A stretch of 64,000 nucleotides of DNA, from IMG/VR virus record IMGVR_UViG_3300048091_000425; one strand, given 5' to 3'. Position 1 is the stretch's first letter. Every line of letters begins with the position of its first letter. Shown here one piece after another: positions 9,512 through 19,047 of this stretch. This DNA comes from a virus. The position numbers and the translations under genes were made by a program. Below the pieces are notes generated by a model. It was not told the DNA's origin. It searched no databases and saw only the letters and a program-made list of their open reading frames with translations.

Positions 9512-10495
9512 ATGTCATTCGATCACGCCCAGAAGATCAAAGGGCCGGATGGCCTGGAAGCCACAGTGACGCTCTACCGGGTCGACAAGACCACGTATAG
9601 CAGCGCCAGTAACCGCCTGCATTTCGACTGTGTGGGCGGTGATCAGTTCGAAGCCAAGCTATCCAAGGCTCAGCTCAAAAGCCGCTTTGTCGACAAACTC
9701 ATCAGTGCTTTTCGCTTCAACCCGCCATGGCGTGAACACTTCAGGATCTTTACCAAGCCCCATGCGGTCTCTGAACTGCGCTACCAGAATGGCTTGGTCG
9801 GTTCGGTTGACTGCAAACTCAGGTCTTACGTCCAGGCGTTGAACGACCGTGGCTTCCCCACCATGACAAGCTGTGAGGGGGATGCTCACCCAATGGGCCG
9901 GCCACCCTTCATCAAGTTCGTTGGGGCGATGCCAGAGGCACTGGAGACGGTCTGGAACAAACTTGAATGGATCAATCTTGATCGCAGCGTCACACCCTTT
10001 GCGATTCATGGCTTCACTCATGAGTACCGGGCCGTCTTTCTTCTCATACTGGATGACTGGCTGCACGACGACCTTGACGTCACCGCCAAGCGTTATCGCC
10101 TGAATCGGGCCGGCCTTCCGCTCATTCCACCCTTCCCGCCTGTCAATGAAGCAGAGCTGAAAGCCCATCAGAAAGTGGTTGGCAAGCTAGCGCAGCGCAT
10201 CAACAAAAAAGGTGGCAAAGAGTCAACCTTTGATGACCTGGTCAAACTGCGCAGTGGCCGCGACAGCTACACCAACATGAAATTGCCGGCGCTGTTAGAA
10301 GCGCTGGAAGGTGATCCAGAGGTTGTGCACCTGCAACGACTGATCAAGGGTACCCCCGCCCTGCAACGCGCCCTACGCTGGCGCCTGCGCGGCCTGACGC
10401 TCGAGATCATCCTACGCAAGTACGAGGTCGATCAGGTGCTGAGTCGCCATGCAGAACAGAAGAAACACGCTCGCTCCATTACTGCCGATTCCTAA
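9512..10495 (+). CDS. hypothetical protein with ALNxxGxxTxxSCEG motif
   Basis: 327-aa ORF co-transcribed with the ProQ/FinO gene. Confidence 0.75.
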   Translation: MSFDHAQKIKGPDGLEATVTLYRVDKTTYSSASNRLHFDCVGGDQFEAKLSKAQLKSRFVDKLISAFRFNPPWREHFRIFTKPHAVSELRYQNGLVGSVDCKLRSYVQALNDRGFPTMTSCEGDAHPMGRPPFIKFVGAMPEALETVWNKLEWINLDRSVTPFAIHGFTHEYRAVFLLILDDWLHDDLDVTAKRYRLNRAGLPLIPPFPPVNEAELKAHQKVVGKLAQRINKKGGKESTFDDLVKLRSGRDSYTNMKLPALLEALEGDPEVVHLQRLIKGTPALQRALRWRLRGLTLEIILRKYEVDQVLSRHAEQKKHARSITADS

Positions 10496-10500
10496 AACCT

Positions 10501-10968
10501 GTTGTTCGACATTCATTTGCGATTTGACCGGGTTCATGTCTGGCGCAGCACACCTTGATAGATTGGTTGTTCGACATCCATTCACTTTTTGACCGGTTGT
10601 GCAGGGGCCTTGGCCTTACACCGGCGCGTTCCCCCACACCCCACCAGACAGCTGTTGATCTGCTCTGGCTGTTTTGCCAGCCCTTGCCCTGCTCTTTGCT
10701 CGGTTCCGTTTGATGTGTGTTTGCTGCCGTGGATAGTGGCTATCCAGGGTATGTGACCCTGGGCATGGCTTAACGCTCAGAAACTTTGCCAATCAATTGC
10801 CGCACAGCGCAACAGCAGGAATCAAAAGCTTCATACTTTAAAGCAAAAGCCCTCTTCTTAAAGCCTAAAAGCCACCGCAAAAACCAGAGCAAAAGCCAGG
10901 CGGTTTAAGATCAAGAGCGCGGAATACGGCTTAAAGGCAAGATCAAGAGCAACAACCAGATCAACAGC
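10501..10968. repeat. conserved non-coding element, copy 1
   Basis: 31-bp box GTTGTTCGACAT.CATT.....TTTGACCGG twice (10501, 10566), CCCCCACACCCCACCAGACAGCTGTTG, AAAGCC/AAGATCAA runs; 12-bp IR 10651-10662/10957-10968. Confidence 0.7.
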
Positions 10969-11054
10969 ATGATGGTTAAAAGCAAAGGCAACTTGCTTGC
11001 CGGCGCCGGCGCCCGGTACCCTTGCAAGCACCATAATCAGAAGCGAACACCGCC

Positions 11055-11717
11055 ATGTTTTTGCTCTATTCGACCGCGCTGCTGCTCGTCGTCACCGCCC
11101 TCTGCGTGCCTCACCTGGTGCGGCCTTTATTTGCAGCGGTGTACAGCCAGGCGCTGGATAAGGCCTATCTGCTAAAAGCCTATTGGCCTAAAGATCCAGA
11201 GCCTGAGAACTATCATTTAAAACGCCTCAAACAACACCGGAACCGCCTATCCATACGCGCTGACGCCCAGATCTGCAGTATGGGCATCAATGCAGATTTG
11301 TACCGGCCCAACGAGATCTGCGGGCTCCAGGAGGCGCTGCACAAGCTCCAGCACTGTGACGGCGTGGTGTTGTTTGAAAACGGAAGGATGATCTTTCCAG
11401 ACGGCCAGACCTTGGACATTCATTCACTGACAAAGAAAATCCATCACCAACTGGTCAATGCTTACGTTGGGCTGGATGAAGCGGCCTCGATTATCACGGA
11501 CTACGCCGATGACTTGGGCAACGAGGCGCTGGCGGCCAGCACCAACAAGACCCTATACAGTATCAGTGGCCAGACGGCGAAGTATCCACTGGACGGGGTG
11601 ATTGGGCCGCTGGCGCTGCTACTCGGCGTAGATCCGGACAAGAATGACTTAGCCGCCCACGGCGGTGATGCGCTCTGGAGCAGAAACAAAGCTCGGTTGT
11701 TTGGCACCAAAAAATAG
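11055..11717 (+). CDS. hypothetical protein with N-terminal membrane anchor
   Basis: 220-aa ORF, hydrophobic N-terminus. Confidence 0.7.
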   Translation: MFLLYSTALLLVVTALCVPHLVRPLFAAVYSQALDKAYLLKAYWPKDPEPENYHLKRLKQHRNRLSIRADAQICSMGINADLYRPNEICGLQEALHKLQHCDGVVLFENGRMIFPDGQTLDIHSLTKKIHHQLVNAYVGLDEAASIITDYADDLGNEALAASTNKTLYSISGQTAKYPLDGVIGPLALLLGVDPDKNDLAAHGGDALWSRNKARLFGTKK

Positions 11718-11788
11718 CGCTCTGTGCTCTTGAGGCCGTGCGCCGCAGGTGCACTGCCGTCGCTTGCTTTGCCCTCCCCCCAAAAGCT

Positions 11789-12043
11789 TTAAGCCTTGGA
11801 TTCCGCAAGCTCCAAATCTTTCCACTGGGGCTCAAAAATCTTTTCTTCCTTGTATCGCCCCATTTTTGGGAACACCACGGTAGGTTGTTTAACGTGGCCT
11901 GGAAATTCACGCTGGCCACGATACCCGGTGATTTCCCCGACCCGGCCTTTGTATTTCCTGATCTGTTTTTCTCCCCCACGAACAAGGTAGCGCTCAGTGA
12001 ACTGAACCTTCGTGCCTACGGGGAGAGCTTCTGTGACTTCCAT
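11789..12043 (-). CDS. small basic beta-rich hypothetical protein
   Basis: GAGG RBS before ATG 12043 (MEVTEAL...). Confidence 0.65.
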   Translation of the reverse strand: MEVTEALPVGTKVQFTERYLVRGGEKQIRKYKGRVGEITGYRGQREFPGHVKQPTVVFPKMGRYKEEKIFEPQWKDLELAESKA

Positions 12044-12123
12044 GAATGCACCTCTGCGATACGTCCCACCAAGATACATTCCTAGAATCATACGTGCAAG
12101 GGGGTTACACCCCCTCAGCTGGA

Positions 12124-12690
12124 TCAGAACAGGTTGTTCTGTAGCGGCTCTTCACGCTCTGCCTTAAGCGATACCTCAAGCGCTCGCTGAATGCTCTCGG
12201 AGTGTTGCATGTCGGCGAACGGGTTGACCTTCTGACGGATCTGCTCGAAGTGCGCCAGTATCCACGCGGAGTCTTTCGGCTGGACGACACAAGGTTTTCC
12301 GCCGAAATTCTGGACGTAGTAGTGCTCAAGCGGCAGCTTGGACTCTTCAAGGGCCTCCTTCAGCTCAGGATGACTGGCCAGCTTGGCGTCGTTCGCCTGG
12401 CAGATCAGCTCCTGGAAGCGTTCAGGGTGCCACTTCCTGACCGTTGGAAGGTCACGGCCAAGTCTCTTGGCTTCGTACCCATGCGCATGGCGCAGCTCCT
12501 CAGCCTGGCGAGTCAGCCAATACCAGTAACCCTCTACAGAGGCGAACCGGCCATGCTCTACGTGGCAGAAAGGCTTGTGGGCGAAGTGCGACAGATCCTT
12601 GCCCAGGTCGGTCTTGCCCTTGCTGTAGATGTTGAGGTGGGTGACCCCATCCTCCTCAGGCTTGAATTCCTTTTTCTGCGTCATGGCCAC
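12124..12690 (-). CDS. phage-type NADAR-domain protein
   Basis: HLNIYSKGKTDLGKDLSHFAHKPF...GRFASVEGYWYW...GYEAKRLGR resembles NADAR/YbiA LSNF..PF...SVE motifs. Confidence 0.65.
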   Translation of the reverse strand: MAMTQKKEFKPEEDGVTHLNIYSKGKTDLGKDLSHFAHKPFCHVEHGRFASVEGYWYWLTRQAEELRHAHGYEAKRLGRDLPTVRKWHPERFQELICQANDAKLASHPELKEALEESKLPLEHYYVQNFGGKPCVVQPKDSAWILAHFEQIRQKVNPFADMQHSESIQRALEVSLKAEREEPLQNNLF

Positions 12691-12847
12691 GTCCTCTCAT
12701 TACATTCTGCATTTCTTCCAGCATACCAACGCCGTATCAATGGATTAAAGGCTTCATGAACAATATGCATTAATTGTCATTCCTTAAGGATCAATTGTAT
12801 GATGTGGCCGATTTTATCCGTCCTATTGCTATGTAATTGAGGCCTCC

Positions 12848-14035
12848 ATGTTCAAGAAAGCCCTGCTACCCATGCTGATCGTTGCCGCCCTCTCGGGCTG
12901 CTACGACAAAAAAACCACGACCGTTGACGGCTCCAGCCAGGTAACGCTCACCGATTCCCTGGGCAAGATCACCGGCAGCCTGCCTGGCGACCAGCAGATG
13001 CAGTACGTCCAAGACGTCACCCTGCTGAAGAATACCTACCAGCTGGATCAACTGCAGATCGACCTGAACGGCAAGAACGCCCAGGAAATCATGGCTACCG
13101 CGCAACAACTGCGCGACAAGCTGATGCTCGATGAGCAGCAGAAGATCCAGGCTCAACTCCAGGAAGTCGCCGAGCAGTCCAAGCAGCGTGACCTGGCGTC
13201 CCTGCGTGCCGACATCGACACGCTCAAAGCCAAGCGTGATGCCGAGCTGACCAAGCTGCAATTCAAGATCGACAGCGTCGTCTTCGAACATTCGAAAAAC
13301 AGCGTCACCGACGTCAACGACCCGGTCATCAACCTGCTGGTCACCAACAACACCAAGCTCAATGTCTTCGGCGCGTCGCTTGAAGGCGTTCTGACCGTTG
13401 CTGATCAGGCAGAGCCGCTGCACACCGGATTGCTGGATCTGCAACTGGAAAAGATCCTTCTGCCGGGCGAGTCGATCTCGACCTCCATCAAGCCGAGCAT
13501 CATCAGTGACTGGCGTTCGGTCAAAGCCCCTGAAAATGCAGCGCTGGCGCTGACTGTCAAAGACCTGCGTGACGAGAAAGGCGAAAGCCTGGTCGGCGGC
13601 CTGTCCTTTACCAAAGAAGACGGTGATCAGCTGACCGCTATGGCTCAGCAACTGCTGGCGCTGGATCCGACGGCACAGACCGAAGCCGAAGCTCTGATCA
13701 ACCCGGCACAGATCGCGCTGCCGCTGCCTGTGACCGCGCCAGAAGCCTCGTCTGATGCAGAACCGGCCCCAGTGGCCCCAACTGCTCCAGAAGCCGCTCA
13801 GCCGGACGTCAGCAACGCCATGCCCGTTCAATTGATGCCTGAATCGGAAGTCAGCCTGCCGAAAGAAGCTGAAGTGGCCCCGGCCCCAGCTCCTGAAGTA
13901 GCAGCTCCGGTCACCGCTGAACCTGTTGTAGAAGCGCCAGAAGCCACCCCGGCTGATGAAAACGCTCCTGACTTCACCCAGATCCAGGCTCCAACCGAAG
14001 CGCCTACTGCTGAAAACACCCCCGCGTCCAACTGA
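12848..14035 (+). CDS. lipoprotein with coiled coil and Pro/Ala/Glu-rich tail
   Basis: Signal peptide with lipobox LSGC; low-complexity APEA/PAP C-terminus. Confidence 0.85.
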   Translation: MFKKALLPMLIVAALSGCYDKKTTTVDGSSQVTLTDSLGKITGSLPGDQQMQYVQDVTLLKNTYQLDQLQIDLNGKNAQEIMATAQQLRDKLMLDEQQKIQAQLQEVAEQSKQRDLASLRADIDTLKAKRDAELTKLQFKIDSVVFEHSKNSVTDVNDPVINLLVTNNTKLNVFGASLEGVLTVADQAEPLHTGLLDLQLEKILLPGESISTSIKPSIISDWRSVKAPENAALALTVKDLRDEKGESLVGGLSFTKEDGDQLTAMAQQLLALDPTAQTEAEALINPAQIALPLPVTAPEASSDAEPAPVAPTAPEAAQPDVSNAMPVQLMPESEVSLPKEAEVAPAPAPEVAAPVTAEPVVEAPEATPADENAPDFTQIQAPTEAPTAENTPASN

Positions 14036-14085
14036 TCCCTCCACTCAGTCGACAAGCGTCTAGTCCGGCGCTTGTTACTGAAGAC

Positions 14086-14116
14086 AAAAAGGCCGCATTC
14101 AGATGCGGCCTTTTTT
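14086..14116. terminator. bidirectional intrinsic terminator
   Basis: AAAAAGGCCGCAT-TCAG-ATGCGGCCTTTTTT between convergent genes. Confidence 0.85.
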
Positions 14117-14134
14117 CGTCCTGCAATTGTGCGA

Positions 14135-14698
14135 TCAGGCGGTTAGGCGTTCCTGGTGGAGAAGCCTGGATTTGCCAACCACTGCTTTCCACACGACCCG
14201 CCAGAACAGCAACTCCTCGTCAGTCACCTTGTAGACCTGGCTCTGCTCGACCACATCCATCAGGTTTTCCAGGATGAGGTAGGTTTTGAGCGCTTCTACA
14301 TCCAGGGTCGCGCTGTAAAAGCTGCACATATCCAGGCCAGCGGCGAGGTCATCACTGCTCATCACGCCCTTAGTGTGAAGGTCGCGCATGCCCAGTTCGG
14401 CCCGCTCAAAGAAGATTTCAGGATCTAGCTCTTGCGTGCCAAGGCTGGACTGGCAACGTGCGGCGACCAGCGCCCAGGACTTGCTGGACAGAAAACCCGG
14501 CACATCTGCACCCAGCTCGTCTGCCGAAAAGAACACCTGACGGACACCCTCGGGCTGACTGACAACCAACAGCAGACCATCGCTGTCCAGTTGATACAGC
14601 AACCTGAGTTCCTGGGACGGCAGGCGCGGGTCGATCAGCTTGATCCGAAAAGCTTTGGATAAGGACTGGCGACTGGTGTACGAAACGGAGCTGGACAT
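14135..14698 (-). CDS. hypothetical protein
   Basis: 187-aa ORF in minus-strand operon. Confidence 0.7.
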   Translation of the reverse strand: MSSSVSYTSRQSLSKAFRIKLIDPRLPSQELRLLYQLDSDGLLLVVSQPEGVRQVFFSADELGADVPGFLSSKSWALVAARCQSSLGTQELDPEIFFERAELGMRDLHTKGVMSSDDLAAGLDMCSFYSATLDVEALKTYLILENLMDVVEQSQVYKVTDEELLFWRVVWKAVVGKSRLLHQERLTA

Positions 14699-14737
14699 AA
14701 GGCTTCCCGCAAAACTTGGTCAATATTCCTTTTTTGT

Positions 14738-15571
14738 TTAAAGGCCTAAGCCCTGTTCTGGATATTGCCAACTTCCTGGCTTCTTTCCAAGGCCCTTGCG
14801 CTCGACGGTCAGCTGCGCCTCCTTCATCAACTCATTGCCCATCTGCTCATGCAAGGCCAGCAACAGCTCATTCTGGTGATTTTCATGCAGGCTGGACAGC
14901 AGATCCACGGCAAGAGCCACCTTACGGCTATGTGGCGCTTGGGCATACCGCGTCATGACGTCGAACACGCCGGTGAGGCTGGACGCCGAGGTGAGTTTGG
15001 CCCCAAAAAAACGCAGATCTCTGTCCGCCGCAACACTGGTGGGGTTATTGAGCGGCAGCTGTGCCCCTTCCCGGCTAAGATAAAGCGCAGAAAAGGCTGC
15101 AATGAGGCCAGGGGTTGATTGGCTGTGGTACATCGTCAGTAGCTGACCCACCGTGAACTGCTTGCCAAAGACCTGCTCGGCCCTGATCAAGCTGTCGAAT
15201 TCAAAGCTGACCTCGCTTGAATAAATGAACATAAATTGACCAATCAATTTAAGGCCCAGGTTGCCGAACTCAAGACCCATGGCTTGTGTGCACACCGAAC
15301 TGCCCTGGAATGACTTTGCAAGGCACAGAAAGGCATAGGGCTCTAAATGATCCACCATGTCAGCACACACAGGCTTGCGCATTAGCTCATCCTCCAGCAC
15401 CGGGCTCACATAGTACCGATGAGCAAAGGCCGGCGAGCGCTCAATGCCTGGCCGCGTCATCAACGCTTCAAGCGATTCCATTGCCAGCTCAGCATTACCC
15501 TGCCGGAGGTGCAAGCGGTAGGCGTTGAATAAATCTTCGGCTTCCGAGGATCCAACAAAGCTTTGCATCAT
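14738..15571 (-). CDS. hypothetical protein
   Basis: 277-aa ORF. Confidence 0.7.
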   Translation of the reverse strand: MMQSFVGSSEAEDLFNAYRLHLRQGNAELAMESLEALMTRPGIERSPAFAHRYYVSPVLEDELMRKPVCADMVDHLEPYAFLCLAKSFQGSSVCTQAMGLEFGNLGLKLIGQFMFIYSSEVSFEFDSLIRAEQVFGKQFTVGQLLTMYHSQSTPGLIAAFSALYLSREGAQLPLNNPTSVAADRDLRFFGAKLTSASSLTGVFDVMTRYAQAPHSRKVALAVDLLSSLHENHQNELLLALHEQMGNELMKEAQLTVERKGLGKKPGSWQYPEQGLGL

Positions 15572-15592
15572 AGAAGACTGAACCTGGGCGAT

Positions 15593-15775
15593 TTATAAGT
15601 GGTTGGCAAGCCAGACACCGGCGAACGGTGCGACAGTGATAACGAGTAGGCAGAGCGACTGGACGATGAGCATTCGATGAAAGCTGCGGCGTAACAGGAC
15701 AGAAGTGCCGGCAATGGTTGCATGCAAACCCGCTTTGGTCTGCTGATACTCTGGGTCATCCAGCAAATTAGACAT
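15593..15775 (-). CDS. small membrane protein
   Basis: GAGGA RBS before ATG 15775; hydrophobic C-terminal helix. Confidence 0.6.
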   Translation of the reverse strand: MSNLLDDPEYQQTKAGLHATIAGTSVLLRRSFHRMLIVQSLCLLVITVAPFAGVWLANHL

Positions 15776-15880
15776 AAAATCCTCGTAAAAAACCCCAGCA
15801 TAAGCTGGGGCTTGGAGCAAAAGAACGCGTCTGGCGCGTCCGAGGAGGATAATCCAATCCCCCTCGAGACACCATCACTC

Positions 15881-18466
15881 TTAGACGTCATCCATAACGA
15901 CGTGCTTGCCCCACTTGTCGGTCGGCGGGGTTTGATGTGGGCAGGTAATCCACAACACCTCCTGTGGCACTCCCAATGGAGCTTTCTCCGGCACGGTGAT
16001 CGCACCGTCGGTGAACACGCAGATCAGGTTACCTCTCGGCGCTCGCTCCATCATCATCTCTTTCCAGACCATGTCAAAGGCAGGTCGCAAGTCAGAACCG
16101 CCCTGACCAGTGATGACGAACTGCCTCTTGTTGATCTGTTCCATGGCCTGTTTGGTGTTCAGCCTGGACGTAACCCCGGTATCGCACTGGATCACCACGA
16201 TTTCCATGCTCTGGTCGACAGCCATCCGCTCAATCAGACCCATGGAGCGACGCAGGCTGTTCAGATCCTTGCCGGTCATCATCGAGCCGCTGACGTCCTG
16301 AATCACGTACATGGTCGCCGTGTTCTTGATCAACCCAGGGCGGATCATGTGGTTTTCAAAGAACGTGTTGCGCTTGTTGGCCTTGGAGTACGACCGCTTG
16401 ATTTCACGACCGTATTTACCCAGGAAGCGACGCATCCGCGCTGTAAAGGACAACGGCGGGTGCAAGATCCCATCGATCTGCGTCTTGAGCCAGTTCGGCA
16501 GCGAGCCCATCCCCTGCCCACCGGCTTGCAAGTCCTCTTGAATAGCCCGGTTCAGCGTCTGGCGCTTACGCTCCGCCGTCTCCGCAGGTGTTTCTTGCGC
16601 AAACGGGTTGCCCGGCAAGTGGTCGCAGTTGATGTTGATGTCGCCTTCCAGGTCGTTCTGACCCAGTTCTTTGATCGCGTCCTCATAAGCCTGATCCATG
16701 CTTTGATCGTCGATCATGTCTTTACCAGAGGCCATGCGCCGGTCAACGCCGTTCATGCCGCCGTCTTGACCCGTCAGCGAGTTGGTCAGCTCTTCATTGA
16801 GGTCGTTCAGCGCCTCTTCAACGTCGCGACGAGCTTGCTTCTCGGAAATCGGTTGACCGTCATACGGCATATTTGGGTCGTACGGGGTTTCCCCCTGCCC
16901 CTGAGAACCAGCACCAGGCTCACCTTGACCCAGCTCACCCTCGCCAGGTTGGCCTTGACCGGGTTGACCAGCACCAGGCGTTCCACCCTGCCCCGGCATG
17001 CCGTCATGGGATTGATCCGAAGACGGCTCACCGTCCATCGAAGGCTCGCCAGGCTGACCGCCTTCTTGACCAGGCATTGGCTCCCCACCGCCCATATCAT
17101 CCGTTTTCTGGCCAGGCTGATCACCGGGTTGGCCGTCAGTCGGCTGACCGTCGTTGTTCAGTGATGGCTCACCGTCTTGACCCGGTGCGCCGTTTTCACC
17201 CGGCACTTCCTGACCGTCTGGGCCTTCTTTCCCTTCACCAGGCTTACCAGGCTCGCCGTCACCAGGCTCATTGCCGTCTTCTTGCGGGCCGTCACCCTCA
17301 TTACCAGGCGAAGGTTGCTGATCACCAGGTGCGTCGTCGCCGTCAGGCGAGCTCTCGCCAGGCTCATCTTTCCCAGGCTCTTCTACGCCGTTCTCAGGCG
17401 CTTTGGTGACCTTGTCGACGTAGTCTTCAGCGATATCAGCCAAATCCTGCTCGAGCTCTTCCAGATGCTTCTCGCGGGTAGCTTCGGTCGGAATCTTGTC
17501 GTATTCATCGGAAATGCGCTGTGTTTCTTTCTGCATGAAGTCCTGAATGGCCTTTTCCAGGCCCTTCTTCAGGTTTTCTTTGGCTTCCTCATGCGGATTT
17601 TTAGGCGCATTGGCTGGGGTAGGCTCAGGCTCTGGTGGAGGTGGCGGCGCTACAGGTTCCTCTTCAGGATCTTGAGGTGCCACAGGATTGTCTTTCCAGT
17701 TGATCCCGGCGAGGTCGGACAGAACGTCATCGAGCTCTTTGCCCTCTTGAATCACGGCATCACTGGCCGTTTTTTTCTTATTGGTGGCGTCCTTGTTGGC
17801 CTCGCTGACCTTCTCCCAAGCTTTGGTCAGAGATTCACGAGCTTCTTTGTTGATCGCCCTGTCGCGATCCCAGGCGGCCTTCTTGACGGGATCGGACATC
17901 GCTTCCATGTATTGCTGCTTCAGCGCTGCCGCTTTTTCCGAAACAGCCTTCATGTGAATGGCGTAGATTTCTTCAGCCGAGTGGTTTTTGTACTTGGCAT
18001 CCCACAGGGTGTTGGCCGGCAACTTGATTTTGAAGTGAACAACCTTCCCGTCTTTTTTGGTAAAGGACAGGGTGCTCAGCGACGTCTTGATGATGTCGTT
18101 GATGACGAAGTCGTGGGCGATGTTGGCCATGCGCAGGCGCAGACCCTTGAAGCGATCCCAGAAGTCCAGGCCAACGTGCAAGGCTTCATGCAGCAAGCAA
18201 CCAATGATCTCGCCTGGATCGAGCTTACCCATGAAGTCAGGGTTGTAGACAATGCAGCCCCTGCCATCGACACCGATAGTTGGCACTGATTTGGAGGGCC
18301 CGGCCAGCCATAATTCAGAGGCCAAGACACCGAAAAATGGACTGTGCGTACGCAGCTCAAGAAGCAACAGCTTGATCCGCTGGTGCAGTTCCTGATCCAT
18401 CTCCTCCATTACAGGCTTGATCACCTTAGGTGTCGCTAATCCCATGCCCATTGCAAACTCCAACAA
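15881..18466 (-). CDS. DUF2201-type metallopeptidase + vWA domain protein with long acidic Gly/Pro/Gln insertion
   Basis: PTIGVDG, LLHEALH (HExxH), NIAHDFVIN; C-terminal DVSGSM (MIDAS DxSxS), GQGGSDLRPAF, FTDG. Confidence 0.88.
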   Translation of the reverse strand: MLEFAMGMGLATPKVIKPVMEEMDQELHQRIKLLLLELRTHSPFFGVLASELWLAGPSKSVPTIGVDGRGCIVYNPDFMGKLDPGEIIGCLLHEALHVGLDFWDRFKGLRLRMANIAHDFVINDIIKTSLSTLSFTKKDGKVVHFKIKLPANTLWDAKYKNHSAEEIYAIHMKAVSEKAAALKQQYMEAMSDPVKKAAWDRDRAINKEARESLTKAWEKVSEANKDATNKKKTASDAVIQEGKELDDVLSDLAGINWKDNPVAPQDPEEEPVAPPPPPEPEPTPANAPKNPHEEAKENLKKGLEKAIQDFMQKETQRISDEYDKIPTEATREKHLEELEQDLADIAEDYVDKVTKAPENGVEEPGKDEPGESSPDGDDAPGDQQPSPGNEGDGPQEDGNEPGDGEPGKPGEGKEGPDGQEVPGENGAPGQDGEPSLNNDGQPTDGQPGDQPGQKTDDMGGGEPMPGQEGGQPGEPSMDGEPSSDQSHDGMPGQGGTPGAGQPGQGQPGEGELGQGEPGAGSQGQGETPYDPNMPYDGQPISEKQARRDVEEALNDLNEELTNSLTGQDGGMNGVDRRMASGKDMIDDQSMDQAYEDAIKELGQNDLEGDININCDHLPGNPFAQETPAETAERKRQTLNRAIQEDLQAGGQGMGSLPNWLKTQIDGILHPPLSFTARMRRFLGKYGREIKRSYSKANKRNTFFENHMIRPGLIKNTATMYVIQDVSGSMMTGKDLNSLRRSMGLIERMAVDQSMEIVVIQCDTGVTSRLNTKQAMEQINKRQFVITGQGGSDLRPAFDMVWKEMMMERAPRGNLICVFTDGAITVPEKAPLGVPQEVLWITCPHQTPPTDKWGKHVVMDDV

Positions 18467-18573
18467 CTAAAACCTCATTACTTTGATTTTGGCATGGGAG
18501 ACTTCGCCGGCACCACAGGCAATTGTGCAAAATTGCCAGGGCTTGTCCCCTGCCGCCACCGCGTAGGCAAGAC

Positions 18574-19000
18574 GCTCCACTCACCCAGTTGATGCGTCAT
18601 GTTGTTCGACATCCATTCATGATTTGACCGGCTGGGTGAGGTATCGGAGCACTTTCCACCGACGCCGTCGTCCGACACCCTGTGGCCCCCCGCACCCCAC
18701 TAGACAGCTGTTGTTCTTGATGTTGAGCCAGCTTTTAAAATATTGATGGTCTAACTCTAAAAATCTCAATGGCCTACCACCCCTAAAATGGGATGGCTCC
18801 ACTTCAAGCCTCAAATGCCTTTGTCATGGCCATGCGGGCCGTGACCAGTCAGCGCCCTGGCCTTCTATCGGGCCGACCTCACCGACCAAAGCCAAAGAGC
18901 TTGATGGCAGAAATCAAGGTCAAAAGCCTGGCGATTAAAAGCCAAAGCCTCTTCTGACAAGATCAAAAGCTCCTCGCCTAAAAGCCAAAGCCTTTTCTAG
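18574..19000. repeat. conserved non-coding element, copy 2
   Basis: Same 31-bp box (18601), CCCCCGCACCCCACTAGACAGCTGTTG, AAAGCC/AAGATCAA runs in the same order as copy 1. Confidence 0.7.
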
Positions 19001-19008
19001 CGACTAAC

Positions 19009-19033
19009 AAAAAGGCCCCTTTCGGGGCCTCTT
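19009..19033. terminator. intrinsic terminator after AAA gene
   Basis: AAAAAGGCCCC-TTTC-GGGGCCTCTT. Confidence 0.7.
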
Positions 19034-19047
19034 GAAGCGTGAGGGTT

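Noticed and set aside
12866-14044. 392-aa minus-strand ORF
   Set aside because: Antisense shadow of the lipoprotein gene
15722-18289. Long plus-strand ORFs (480 and 370 aa)
   Set aside because: Antisense shadows of the vWA gene caused by GC-rich codon bias
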